Positions 35,969 through 44,451 of a stretch of DNA of 64,000 nt are shown piece by piece (within the stretch, counting starts at the first letter, position 1; the number at the start of each line of letters is the position of its first letter). Source of the DNA: an uncultured Gammaproteobacteria bacterium (lineage in GTDB: Bacteria > Patescibacteriota > Patescibacteriia > Magasanikbacterales > UBA922); the NCBI GenBank assembly GCA_964344965.1, contig CAYFPJ010000006.1, positions 568-64,567 on the forward strand, in the 5' to 3' direction. Position numbers and translations under genes: made by a program. The notes under the pieces are model-generated. The model was not told the origin of the DNA. It worked only from the letters and a program-made list of their open reading frames with translations, and made no database searches.

Positions 35969-37483
35969 TTAAATTTTACCCAGATCAAGTTCTCTGTCGA
36001 TTTTTATTTCATCCACAAACTCAGGAGCATGGGAAACTAATATCATAGTACCTTCATACTCATTGATAGCCTTTGCTATTACTGGCAGATGGCGGAAGTT
36101 GATATGGTTGGTGGGTTCGTCTAGGATGAGTAGTCCAGGCTCCTGGAGCACAAATCTAGCATAGACTAGTAGTCCTTTTTGCCCTTCAGAGAGTGAACCT
36201 ACTTTGCTTTGCAAATCTTTTGATTTCAAGAGAAATCTAGCTGCTGTCTTATAGATCATCTCATTGTCTGGTACGCCCATCATACTCTCCAGTGACTTGT
36301 AAGCAGTCTGACCAAAGTCTAGGCCAGAGAAGTCTTGCTTGTAATAAGCCACTCGCACGTCTTTACCAATTGTAATTCCTTCTGTTTCTTCTTCGGCAAT
36401 ACGTTTCAGAAGAGTACTCTTACCAATTCCGTTTGGTCCTTTGATGAATAATCTATTACCTCTGCGCAGTCTGATATCTACTTCTTTTTCTACAACGTTA
36501 TGATCTTTGAGAATAGATATCTTTGACAATCCGAGAATTTCGTCTTTGTATTCTTGGGCTGGAATCTTGAATGGGGCTATGGTCTTGTCTTCACGCATCA
36601 CTTCGACCATATTTTCTTCGTCTTCTGCGACTTCTTCACGCATTTTGGAGGCAAGTTTTCTCATCTTTCCACCTTTGTGAGAGAAGAAATTTATTTTATC
36701 TTTGCGATCTTGGATATTCTTTTTTAGTTGGGCATTCTTTCTTTCTTCACGCTTAATCTGAGCATTGATATCTTCTAGTACATCTAGATAGTTTCCCTGA
36801 TATTGCTTGATATCATGGGTATGTTCATTCAAGTGCAAGACACCATCAGTAAATGAATTTAAAAAATATGTATCATGAGAAATGACAATGACAGTCTTCT
36901 CATACATGATCAAAAATGTAGTAAGGTGACCAATACCATCATCATCCAAATTGTTGGTAGGCTCATCAAGAAGAAGGATGTCTGGCTTTTGTATCAGTGC
37001 ATAGGCCAGAAGAAGGCGAGCTTGCTGGCCTCCAGAAGTGTCCTTGATTAATCTGTCGAGTAGAATTTCATAATTAACAATTTCCAGAGCCTCTTTGATT
37101 AGTCTATCCAAGTTGTGCTTTTTTTCATCAAAAGCTGTGGCAAAGTATTCACGGACAGTCATTTCTTTGTATTCATCGGCCATCACTTGTCTGGCAATGG
37201 CAATACTGGCATTTTCTGAAACAATAGCCCTACCTTCTACTGGCTCAAGTTCGCCAGTGATAAGCTTAAACATGGTAGATTTGCCAGCTCCATTTGGGCC
37301 CATGATAGTGACTTTAGAATCTTTGCGTAGTGAAAAATTAGCCTCTTTCAATACTGGCTTGTACTCATCGTAATAAAATGTCAGGTTGTCAAAACGAAGG
37401 ATGACGTTTTCTTTGGTCATAATGAAGTTAAAATCAGAGGTATGAACCACAAGGTGAGTGCTTGATTCTTTTTTTAGAAACAA
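35969..37483 (-). CDS. ABC-F family ATPase (tandem ABC domains, no TM domain; EttA/Uup-like translation factor)
   Basis: Two Walker A motifs (GPNGAGKST, GPNGIGKST), two signature motifs (SGGQQARL, SEGQKGLL) and a linker between the domains. Confidence 0.85.
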   Translation of the reverse strand: MFLKKESSTHLVVHTSDFNFIMTKENVILRFDNLTFYYDEYKPVLKEANFSLRKDSKVTIMGPNGAGKSTMFKLITGELEPVEGRAIVSENASIAIARQVMADEYKEMTVREYFATAFDEKKHNLDRLIKEALEIVNYEILLDRLIKDTSGGQQARLLLAYALIQKPDILLLDEPTNNLDDDGIGHLTTFLIMYEKTVIVISHDTYFLNSFTDGVLHLNEHTHDIKQYQGNYLDVLEDINAQIKREERKNAQLKKNIQDRKDKINFFSHKGGKMRKLASKMREEVAEDEENMVEVMREDKTIAPFKIPAQEYKDEILGLSKISILKDHNVVEKEVDIRLRRGNRLFIKGPNGIGKSTLLKRIAEEETEGITIGKDVRVAYYKQDFSGLDFGQTAYKSLESMMGVPDNEMIYKTAARFLLKSKDLQSKVGSLSEGQKGLLVYARFVLQEPGLLILDEPTNHINFRHLPVIAKAINEYEGTMILVSHAPEFVDEIKIDRELDLGKI

Positions 37484-37504
37484 GTCTCCGAAATTACATC
37501 AATA

Positions 37505-37541
37505 CCTCGTCCCGTACCGAGGTACGAGGTCGGGATTAAAA
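37505..37541. repeat. Dispersed hairpin repeat, family TCGTCCCG...TCGGGATTAAA (copy D)
   Basis: CCTCGTCCCGTACCGAGGTACGAGGTCGGGATTAAAA. Its reverse-complement relative is at 49237-49270. Confidence 0.6.
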
Positions 37542-37566
37542 ACGGCTGTGAGTATAGCCGTTTTTA
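37538..37566 (-). terminator. Intrinsic terminator for the sodA-containing minus-strand unit
   Basis: AAAAACGGCT-GTGAGTAT-AGCCGTTTTT, symmetric A/T runs. Confidence 0.7.
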
Positions 37567-37584
37567 GATAGTTTGTCAATCAAA

Positions 37585-37782
37585 CTAAGTATTGTTATAT
37601 TTTTTTGCTTCCTCTATTGCGACATCAGCATCATCCACGGTAGGTACTGGACCTCCATCTGCTCCTTGATTGTCGGCAATAGACCTTTCTAAAGCCTCAT
37701 TATCTCCAGCTACTTCAGCATTCTCTGCTTTAGAGGCTTCGATAGCAGCAGCTTCTTCTGGACTCATTGATTCATTTCCCAT
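37585..37782 (-). CDS. small acidic hypothetical protein
   Basis: 65 aa, E/D/A-rich. It sits between sodA and a terminator on the same strand. Confidence 0.3.
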   Translation of the reverse strand: MGNESMSPEEAAAIEASKAENAEVAGDNEALERSIADNQGADGGPVPTVDDADVAIEEAKKYNNT

Positions 37783-37810
37783 ATATTTTTTATGTTATTA
37801 ATTAATAAAA

Positions 37811-38401
37811 CTAATTTTTTAGTAAACTTCCAGCATGTTCCCAATTCACTACATTCCAATATTCATCTACATACTTAGCACGAGCATTTTGGAAGTCTAG
37901 ATAGTAAGCATGTTCCCAGACATCGAGAGTAAGGAGGGGAGTCTTGCCTTCTGTCAGGGGAGTGCCAGCATTTGGCATTGGTAAGATTTCTAGTTTTCCT
38001 TCACTATCCTGAACTAGGAAGACCCAGCCAGATCCAAACAGAGATGTAGAAGACTTGGTGAATTCTTCACGAAAACTGTCTACTGAGCCAAAGTCTCTCT
38101 CTAATAGCTCTCGCAAGTTTCCACTAGGGTCACTTCCACCATCTGGTGAAAGACTATTCCAAAAAAAACTATGATTGAAATGTTGAGCAGAATTATTGAA
38201 GAGCCCAGCGTTTCCAGTCTGGTGAGCAGTAGAAATGACTTCTTCGAGAGTTTTGTCTGCAAGCTCTGTTCCCTCAATAGCAGTATTAAGCTTCTTCACA
38301 TAGCCAGCATGATGCTTGCCATGATGAAAGTCAAAGGTGTTGGCCGAACAAAAGTTTGGGAGTGAGTTGTTTGGGAATGGAAGATCGGGGAGGGTGAACA
38401 T
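37811..38401 (-). CDS. sodA: Fe/Mn superoxide dismutase
   Basis: FHHGKHH, DVWEHAYY and the C-terminal metal ligands are present. Confidence 0.92.
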   Translation of the reverse strand: MFTLPDLPFPNNSLPNFCSANTFDFHHGKHHAGYVKKLNTAIEGTELADKTLEEVISTAHQTGNAGLFNNSAQHFNHSFFWNSLSPDGGSDPSGNLRELLERDFGSVDSFREEFTKSSTSLFGSGWVFLVQDSEGKLEILPMPNAGTPLTEGKTPLLTLDVWEHAYYLDFQNARAKYVDEYWNVVNWEHAGSLLKN

Positions 38402-38470
38402 ATGGTTTCAAATATTAAGGTGTGCTTGAATAGACAGCTAGACACAAGATAAAAATGTCGACTACCTAAC

Positions 38471-38818
38471 TTAGTCAATAGAATTATTTGGTGTTTCTAA
38501 ATCATTAATAATAGCTTTTATATTAGCGATTGCTTCTGTAAATGTAGAATACTGGAATTGTCTGAAATCAATTTTAAAATCATTATTACTGTCTTCCCCC
38601 ATTTTACGAATTGTATTTAATAGGTCCGACCCTCCACGATTATGCGGAGCTCTTATTATTTGAATGTCGGAAGTATCTGGATTTTTTTCAATAAATACCT
38701 CCAGCTCACTTAACAATACTTTGAGAGGCCTTATTATCCTCTCTTCGTTATTTTCTCTTCTTCTCTGTTCATTTTCTACATTCTCTGCGACTTGTGCTCT
38801 ATCTGCTGCTGTTTCCAT
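38471..38818 (-). CDS. hypothetical protein
   Basis: 115-aa ORF, charged and helical. No motif recognised. Confidence 0.35.
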   Translation of the reverse strand: METAADRAQVAENVENEQRRRENNEERIIRPLKVLLSELEVFIEKNPDTSDIQIIRAPHNRGGSDLLNTIRKMGEDSNNDFKIDFRQFQYSTFTEAIANIKAIINDLETPNNSID

Positions 38819-38854
38819 ATTTTTTTATTTAAAAATTAAGTTTTTTATATGATT

Positions 38855-39445
38855 TTAAATTTTACCAACCAAGTCTACACCTGGAGTAAGAGTATCATTC
38901 CCAGGTTTCCATTTGGCTGGACATACTTCTCCACCATGTTCACGAACATACTGGGCAGCTTGAAGTTTTCGGAGAAGCTCTTCAGCACTACGACCTATAC
39001 TATTGTCATGAATTTCCAGAGCTTTGATCACTCCATCTGGATCTATGATAAAGCTGCCGCGAAGAGACAATCCTTCGTCTGGAATATAAGTGCCAAGAGC
39101 TTTACACACTTTGCCAGTGGGATCAGCGCCCATTGGGAAGTTCACTTTGCCAATAGCAGGACTATTGTCATGCCAAGCTTTGTGAGAGAATGCTGTGTCA
39201 GTGCTCATACTGATCACCTCAGCATCCATTTCTTGGAATTTTGGATAAAGTTCGGCCATTTCTTCTAGCTCTGTTGGACAAACAAATGTGAAGTCTGCTG
39301 GATAGAAGAAGAGGATTAGCCACTTCCCCTTATAATCAGAGAACTTTGTCTTTGCCAGTTTATTTTGATGATAGATCTCTATTTCAAAATCTGCAATGTT
39401 TTCTCCAACTAGCGGGAGGCTATTGTTTGGACTTGTGTTTTCCAT
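38855..39445 (-). CDS. typical 2-Cys peroxiredoxin (AhpC/Prx1 family)
   Basis: Peroxidatic Cys motif FFYPADFTFVCPTE and resolving Cys GEVCPAKW. Confidence 0.92.
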   Translation of the reverse strand: MENTSPNNSLPLVGENIADFEIEIYHQNKLAKTKFSDYKGKWLILFFYPADFTFVCPTELEEMAELYPKFQEMDAEVISMSTDTAFSHKAWHDNSPAIGKVNFPMGADPTGKVCKALGTYIPDEGLSLRGSFIIDPDGVIKALEIHDNSIGRSAEELLRKLQAAQYVREHGGEVCPAKWKPGNDTLTPGVDLVGKI

Positions 39446-39466
39446 AGTATTTTTTGTTATTAATAA

Positions 39467-39591
39467 ACGTCATCTCGACCGAAAGTCTGATGAAATACAG
39501 ACTGGAGTGGAGAGATCTAGTTGTTTTAAATAAAAACCATGAGATCTCTCCACTTCGTCCCTCCTTCGTCAGGACTGCGGTCGAGATGACA
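39467..39591. repeat. MITE-like palindromic element, copy 3 (intergenic, 125 bp, near-perfect palindrome)
   Basis: ACGTCATCTCGACCG...GGAGTGGAGAGATCT...AGATCTCTCCACT...CGGTCGAGATGAC. It has 13-bp TIRs plus an internal 15-bp IR. Confidence 0.85.
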
Positions 39592-39684
39592 TTTGCTTAA
39601 TTATTATCCACACTTGTGTTAAGTAAACTTTGTTCCTATACTTAATTCATACGTGAATAATTTATTAAATCATACCATTTTTGT

Positions 39685-40830
39685 ATGAATAAACAAATGG
39701 GGATAATTGTGGGAGTTTTTGTGGCGATAGCACTTCTTCTGGTGGCAATTTTTTTCTTTTTTTCAACCAGAACACAAGATAATGATAGTTTACCAGAAGA
39801 TCTAAGTCAAGAGTTCATTCATGACAAACTAGCTCCCAATGATCCTACTATAGAAGAGATTGAAAAGGAGTTGGAAAAATTAAAAGAATTAACTCCAGAA
39901 GAGCTCGGAACAACCTCTGGAGTTTTTGAAGAAGAAATAATTTTATTAGAACAGCCTCAAGATATTATGATTACTGATGGTACTAAACACAGTGTACCAT
40001 TAGAAGAAATTTTGGCAGGGGGTCCAGTCAAAGATGGTATACCTCCGATTGACAATCCCAAATTTATTTCTGTAGAAGATGCTGAAAATTTTTTGAATGA
40101 TGATGAGCCTGGGATAGCAATTTCATTTGATGGAGTAGATAGATTTTATCCTTTTCAGATTCTAGTCTGGCATGAAATAGTCAATGATACTTTACCGGAT
40201 GGTCGACGAATTTTGGTGACATATTGTCCACTCTGTTTTTCAGGAATTGTCTTTGACCCAGTTGTACAGAATGAGAGAGTAGAGTTTGGCACTTCTGGCA
40301 AACTGTGGAACTCCAATCTGGTGATGTATGATCGTAAGACTGATTCGTATTGGTCTCAAGTACTTGGAGAGGCGATAGTGGGTGAAGAAACTGGCGTGAA
40401 ATTGGAAGTACTTTCTTCTGACCAGGTCAAATTTGGCAATTGGAAAAAACAATTTCCCAGCGGAGAAGTACTCTCTAAAAAAACTGGCAAGCTTAGAGCC
40501 TATGGCGTAGATCCATATGGGGATTATTACATCTCTCCGGGAGTTTATTTTCCACTTACCAACAAAGATAATCGTCTTGGTGAAAAAGATTTGATCCTTG
40601 GTCTTGTCGAGGGAGGAGAATCCCTGGCTGTTCATGTGGAGGCTGTAAAAAAAGCAGGTTCTATGGAGACCACTTTTGCTGACAAAAAAATCTTAGCAAA
40701 ATTTGATCCCAATCTAGAAGTTGTAAAGATATATGAAAAATTGGATGATAAGTTAATTGAAGTAAACCCTTTCACAAGTTTTTGGTTTGCTTGGGTGGCA
40801 GTTCATCCTGATACTGAGTTGATGCGATGA
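39685..40830 (+). CDS. DUF3179 family secreted/membrane-anchored protein
   Basis: N-terminal TM anchor, KDGIPPIDNPKF and VTYCPLCFSG signatures. Confidence 0.65.
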   Translation: MNKQMGIIVGVFVAIALLLVAIFFFFSTRTQDNDSLPEDLSQEFIHDKLAPNDPTIEEIEKELEKLKELTPEELGTTSGVFEEEIILLEQPQDIMITDGTKHSVPLEEILAGGPVKDGIPPIDNPKFISVEDAENFLNDDEPGIAISFDGVDRFYPFQILVWHEIVNDTLPDGRRILVTYCPLCFSGIVFDPVVQNERVEFGTSGKLWNSNLVMYDRKTDSYWSQVLGEAIVGEETGVKLEVLSSDQVKFGNWKKQFPSGEVLSKKTGKLRAYGVDPYGDYYISPGVYFPLTNKDNRLGEKDLILGLVEGGESLAVHVEAVKKAGSMETTFADKKILAKFDPNLEVVKIYEKLDDKLIEVNPFTSFWFAWVAVHPDTELMR

Positions 40831-40847
40831 TTGTGGACAAGCCTTTC

Positions 40848-40875
40848 TTGCAAATTCATACGATTCTGCTATACT
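40848..40875 (+). promoter_or_regulatory. sigma-70-like promoter for greA
   Basis: TTGCAA (40848-40853), 16-bp spacer, TATACT (40870-40875). Confidence 0.45.
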
Positions 40876-40948
40876 CAAATAAATAACCCGTCTTCTTGAG
40901 GCGGCGTTGTTTATTACATGGACAAAAAATTAGATAAATAAGTATAAT

Positions 40949-41413
40949 ATGTCAGACACACAATATCTAAGTAAAGAAAAACATAAAGAGCTAGAGCAAG
41001 AGCTGGTTTCCATTAAACATGAAAAAATACCAGAAATTGCCAAGCGTATTGATGAAGCCAAGCAGATGGGAGATCTTTCTGAAAATGCTGAATATCATGA
41101 TGCTAGAGATCAAATGGCTTGGGCTCAAAGTAGAGTAAAAGAGATAGAACACATCTTGCAACATGCTCAAATCATCTCTGATGATGACCTCAAGGCAGGA
41201 ATAGTCGGTATCGGCTCCACTATAGTTGTAGAGGTAAAGGGGAGAGAAAAAGAATTCACCATTGTGGGAGCTCAAGAGGCAGACCCACTATCAGGCAAAA
41301 TCTCCAACGAATCTCCACTGGGTGAGGCTTTTTTGGGGAAAAAGAAGGGTGATGAAGTGGATGTTGAGGTGCCGGCTGGTGTTCAGAAATACACTCTGTT
41401 GACAATAAAATAG
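40949..41413 (+). CDS. greA: transcription elongation factor GreA
   Basis: N-terminal coiled coil with the DLSENAEYHDARDQ acidic tip motif, and a C-terminal FKBP-like domain. Confidence 0.9.
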   Translation: MSDTQYLSKEKHKELEQELVSIKHEKIPEIAKRIDEAKQMGDLSENAEYHDARDQMAWAQSRVKEIEHILQHAQIISDDDLKAGIVGIGSTIVVEVKGREKEFTIVGAQEADPLSGKISNESPLGEAFLGKKKGDEVDVEVPAGVQKYTLLTIK

Positions 41414-41482
41414 AGCCTCTCTCTCAATATCTTTGAATGTCTATTAAGTTAGATATCCACTTGACAAAAATATGTCAATATG

Positions 41483-41514
41483 ATTTGATATCAAATTAAA
41501 TTTTGATATCAAAT
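41483..41514. promoter_or_regulatory. Tandem palindromic operator-like repeats, TTTGATATCAAA twice, 10-40 bp upstream of the Pmp-like gene ATG (41521)
   Basis: ATTTGATATCAAAT (41483-41496) and TTTTGATATCAAAT (41501-41514). Each is a perfect 12-bp palindrome, with a centre-to-centre spacing of 18 bp. Confidence 0.45.
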
Positions 41515-41730
41515 TTTTTTATGTCTAAAATAAATTTTGCCTCTATAAAGATAAATTTTTTGGTAGTTGGTTTGGCTATTGTAGCCGTCTGCATGCCATC
41601 TGCCGCCCAGGCAGCTGATATTGTGGTTGGTGGTGATTGTACTCTGGTGGATGCCGTTTATGCGGCCAACCAGGATCAGGCAGTGGGTGAATGTAGTGCT
41701 GGAGAAGTTGGAGAGGACACTATTCAATAA
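41503..41730 (+). pseudogene. N-terminal fragment (signal peptide plus CSLREA-like domain) of a Pmp-type beta-helix surface-protein gene, terminated by the inserted 142-bp element
   Basis: MSKINFASIKINFLVVGLAIVAVCMPSAAQA signal peptide, then ADIVVGGDCTLVDAVYAANQDQAVGECSAGEVGEDTIQ. The stop TAA is the first triplet of the repeat. Confidence 0.6.
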
Positions 41731-41869
41731 AAGTAAATTTGGTTTAAGTAAGACTTCATCGGGCCATCCCCGCAGCAAGCTGCGGGGTATTGGCAGAAAA
41801 TCTTATTTCAACCAATGTTAGTTTTCACTTTTTCGATGCAAGCATCGAGGAATAAAACCGCTTAAAGAT
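41728..41869. repeat. 142-bp element, right copy (exact inverted duplicate of 12943-13084), inserted in the Pmp-like gene
   Basis: Perfect identity to the reverse complement of 12943-13084. Deleting exactly these 142 bp joins ...DTIQ to LTEDVVLTEVANF... in frame. Confidence 0.9.
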
Positions 41870-41881
41870 TTAACTGAAGAT

Positions 41882-43381
41882 GTGGTTTTAACTGAAGTGG
41901 CTAATTTTCTTTATGGCAATGGTGTGCCGATGATTGTTTCTCCGCTGGTGATTGATGGACATGGATTTGCTGTAGAGCGGGCTCAAGAAGCTGAACCTTT
42001 TGGTATTTTTTCTGTTCATGATACTGAAGCGGTTTTCAAAAATTTAGCAATTAAGAAAGGTGACTATGATCCTAGTTTGGGTAATAAAGTTGGAAATGCA
42101 TTGTTTATTGAGAATAGTTTAGTCATAGTGAAAAATGTGGATTTCATGAATAATTACTCATACTATGGCGGAGCAATATTTGTAGATGATTCTCGGGTAT
42201 CAATTCAGGATAGCTCCTTTGTCAAAAATAGTGCTACCACAGATGGTGGAGCCATTGCTCTACTCTTTAATTCTAGAATCACTGTTAGTAATACAGATTT
42301 TGTAGATAATAGTTCAGTTAGTAATGGTGGGGCTATATATAGTTTGACAGACAGCACTTCACTCCTGGTGGTTGATAGTACTTTTTCCGGTAATAAGAGT
42401 ATTGATGGTAGTGGTGGAGCGATTGATAGTGGATTTAATAACCATACCAAAATTATTAATAGTCACTTCACTAACAATAGTGCCAATAACGTCGGTGGAG
42501 CTATCTTAAGCAACTCTGAAAAAATGATTGTAAAAAATAGTAGCTTTGTTGCTAATAGCGCAGAAAATAGTGGTGGAGCGATTCAAAATAATAATGGTTT
42601 GATTATTAGCGAAAGTATTTTTCGCAACAACAACTCCTCTGATGGGGGAGCAATCGATAATTGGGGACATGTCAGTATAGTTAACTCTGGATTTTTGGCA
42701 AATAAGAGTGAGTTTGGCGGAGCTATTTGGAATCGCCACTCCTGGAATGGTAAAAAAGGTGAAATTCTGGTTGATAGTAGTTATTTTTATCTAAATTCTG
42801 CCCAGAAGTCAGGTGGTGCTATTTTTAATCTTTCTGATATCTCACTATTAAATACCAGTTTGGCTCATAATAGTGCTGGGAATTCAGGTGGCGGAATTCT
42901 AAGCGATGATAATGCTAATGTCGAAATTTCTTATGTTACTATAGCAAACAATGAAGCAAAAGATGGTAATGGTATTTTTGTGGACTCCAATATTTTTGTT
43001 AATCCTAATGAAGCTTCACCCGTAGGACCTGCTGTCCATATATCTAACAGTATTATTTTTGATGATTGTAGTGTTACTAATGATTTTTCATACTATAATA
43101 GCGTTAATAATCTGGGTACAGGTTTTTGTGCAGAAGTGGAATTGACCGGTCTTGATTCCGTCTTTCAGGATAATGGAGGAGATACTTTGACTTATGCACT
43201 ATTGGCTGACAGTAATGCCATAGATGCGGCAGATGAAAGTATAAGTGCTTGTCCTGCGTTTGACCAGCGTGGTGAGGCTAGAGATGATGGACAGTGTGAT
43301 ATAGGAGCGTATGAGTACAAGGCTAAGGGAAAAAGTAATTCAGACTACAGCTTGGGGAATATGTCTATCCAATGGCAGTAA
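41882..43381 (+). CDS. parallel beta-helix repeat protein (chlamydial Pmp-like GGAI/FxxN repeats); the body of the gene split at 41728-41869
   Basis: At least 9 GGAI(F/A/D/L/Q/W) repeats alternating with F(V)xN(S/N) motifs: GGAIFVDD, GGAIALLF, NGGAIYS, GGAIDSG, VGGAILS, SGGAIQN, DGGAIDN, FGGAIWN, SGGAIFN. The frame is open upstream of the GTG start through to 41870. Confidence 0.7.
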   Translation: MVLTEVANFLYGNGVPMIVSPLVIDGHGFAVERAQEAEPFGIFSVHDTEAVFKNLAIKKGDYDPSLGNKVGNALFIENSLVIVKNVDFMNNYSYYGGAIFVDDSRVSIQDSSFVKNSATTDGGAIALLFNSRITVSNTDFVDNSSVSNGGAIYSLTDSTSLLVVDSTFSGNKSIDGSGGAIDSGFNNHTKIINSHFTNNSANNVGGAILSNSEKMIVKNSSFVANSAENSGGAIQNNNGLIISESIFRNNNSSDGGAIDNWGHVSIVNSGFLANKSEFGGAIWNRHSWNGKKGEILVDSSYFYLNSAQKSGGAIFNLSDISLLNTSLAHNSAGNSGGGILSDDNANVEISYVTIANNEAKDGNGIFVDSNIFVNPNEASPVGPAVHISNSIIFDDCSVTNDFSYYNSVNNLGTGFCAEVELTGLDSVFQDNGGDTLTYALLADSNAIDAADESISACPAFDQRGEARDDGQCDIGAYEYKAKGKSNSDYSLGNMSIQWQ

Positions 43382-43455
43382 TAATAAATATATTTGACTT
43401 TTTTTACTGCTGACAACCATATACTGCTTCATAGACATACAATAATAAAACCTAA

Positions 43456-43482
43456 AAACTTCCCTTCTGGGGAAGTTTTTTT
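43456..43482 (+). terminator. Intrinsic terminator after the Pmp-like gene
   Basis: AAAAA-CTTCCC-TTCT-GGGGAAG-TTTTTTT. Confidence 0.65.
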
Positions 43483-43584
43483 GAGGTTTGTGTATTTGTT
43501 CTATTTCTTTTTCTATGGTTAGGCAACATAATACTTCAGATAATTTATTCTTATTTGACCTTGTCTTGTCTTTTGTAGACTATT

Positions 43585-44439
43585 TTGGTAAAATTATTGT
43601 GTTATTTTAGTAATATTTATCTTCATAATATGTCTGATAAATCTGTCTTTACTGAGATTTTACTACCCAGAGATGCTAGTCCGGAAGAAGAGACTGCATT
43701 TTTGGTAGAGTTTAAAAAGGAAATAGGTTTTTTGAATCAACTGGTTCGGGAAAGTATAAAATTTGTTGCGGTGCATTTACCTAAACAGCACTTTGGAGAT
43801 AAAGTGGAATTCGTAGTACCTGAAGGAAAACCAGAAGATAAAGGTTATTTGAAATTTACAGACTTGACAGAAGAAGAGCGGAAAGAGAGAGAAGATATGG
43901 CAATTCCAATGGCAGAAGCCATAGCTTTTTTATACAAAAGATCTAAAGTTTATCAAAAAAAAGAAAGCTTAACAAGACAAGATGTCGATAATTTTATCCA
44001 TGATATCTGTCATGTCTATCTAGAAAAATTGAGTGCATTAAATAAAGACAATTTAGACCTTTTTAAGGGATTTATAGAGTATCTTTTAGGAACAGCAAGA
44101 GAGCGTGTTTTAAAAAAAATGGAAGGAGAGAGTTTAACAAGAGAAGAATTGGACAGAATGTATGCTGAAATAAAGTCAGATTTAAGATTGTTTGAACCTG
44201 GTGAGGGGCAAGAAGAGGAGGTAAGTAGTGAACCTTCTGAACCAGCTAAAGTGGCGGATGCTGGAGAAGGGGAAACAACCATAGTAGAACTTGAAGAGAT
44301 TTTTAGAAAAATAAGGCCAGAATTAACAAACTTGGTGGACCCCAAAGGTGAAGAAGGGGATTCATTGACTAAACCTAGAGAAATGGAGGGTTCTGAAAAT
44401 CCTGAAGTAATCTGCTTACCTGATAATAGTAGGAAATAA
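43585..44439 (+). CDS. hypothetical acidic protein (the likely start is MSDKSVF at 43630)
   Basis: 284-aa ORF with E/K-rich, non-repetitive composition. The antisense ORF 44016..44558 looks spurious because it is S/L-rich. Confidence 0.4.
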   Translation: MVKLLCYFSNIYLHNMSDKSVFTEILLPRDASPEEETAFLVEFKKEIGFLNQLVRESIKFVAVHLPKQHFGDKVEFVVPEGKPEDKGYLKFTDLTEEERKEREDMAIPMAEAIAFLYKRSKVYQKKESLTRQDVDNFIHDICHVYLEKLSALNKDNLDLFKGFIEYLLGTARERVLKKMEGESLTREELDRMYAEIKSDLRLFEPGEGQEEEVSSEPSEPAKVADAGEGETTIVELEEIFRKIRPELTNLVDPKGEEGDSLTKPREMEGSENPEVICLPDNSRK

Positions 44440-44451
44440 TTGATAGTTTTT

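Noticed and set aside
38849-39268. 139-aa plus-strand ORF
   Set aside because: It is antisense to the peroxiredoxin gene.
41461-41482. TTGACA ... TATGAT promoter for the Pmp-like gene
   Set aside because: The spacer is only 10 bp, so this is not a credible sigma-70 promoter as spaced.
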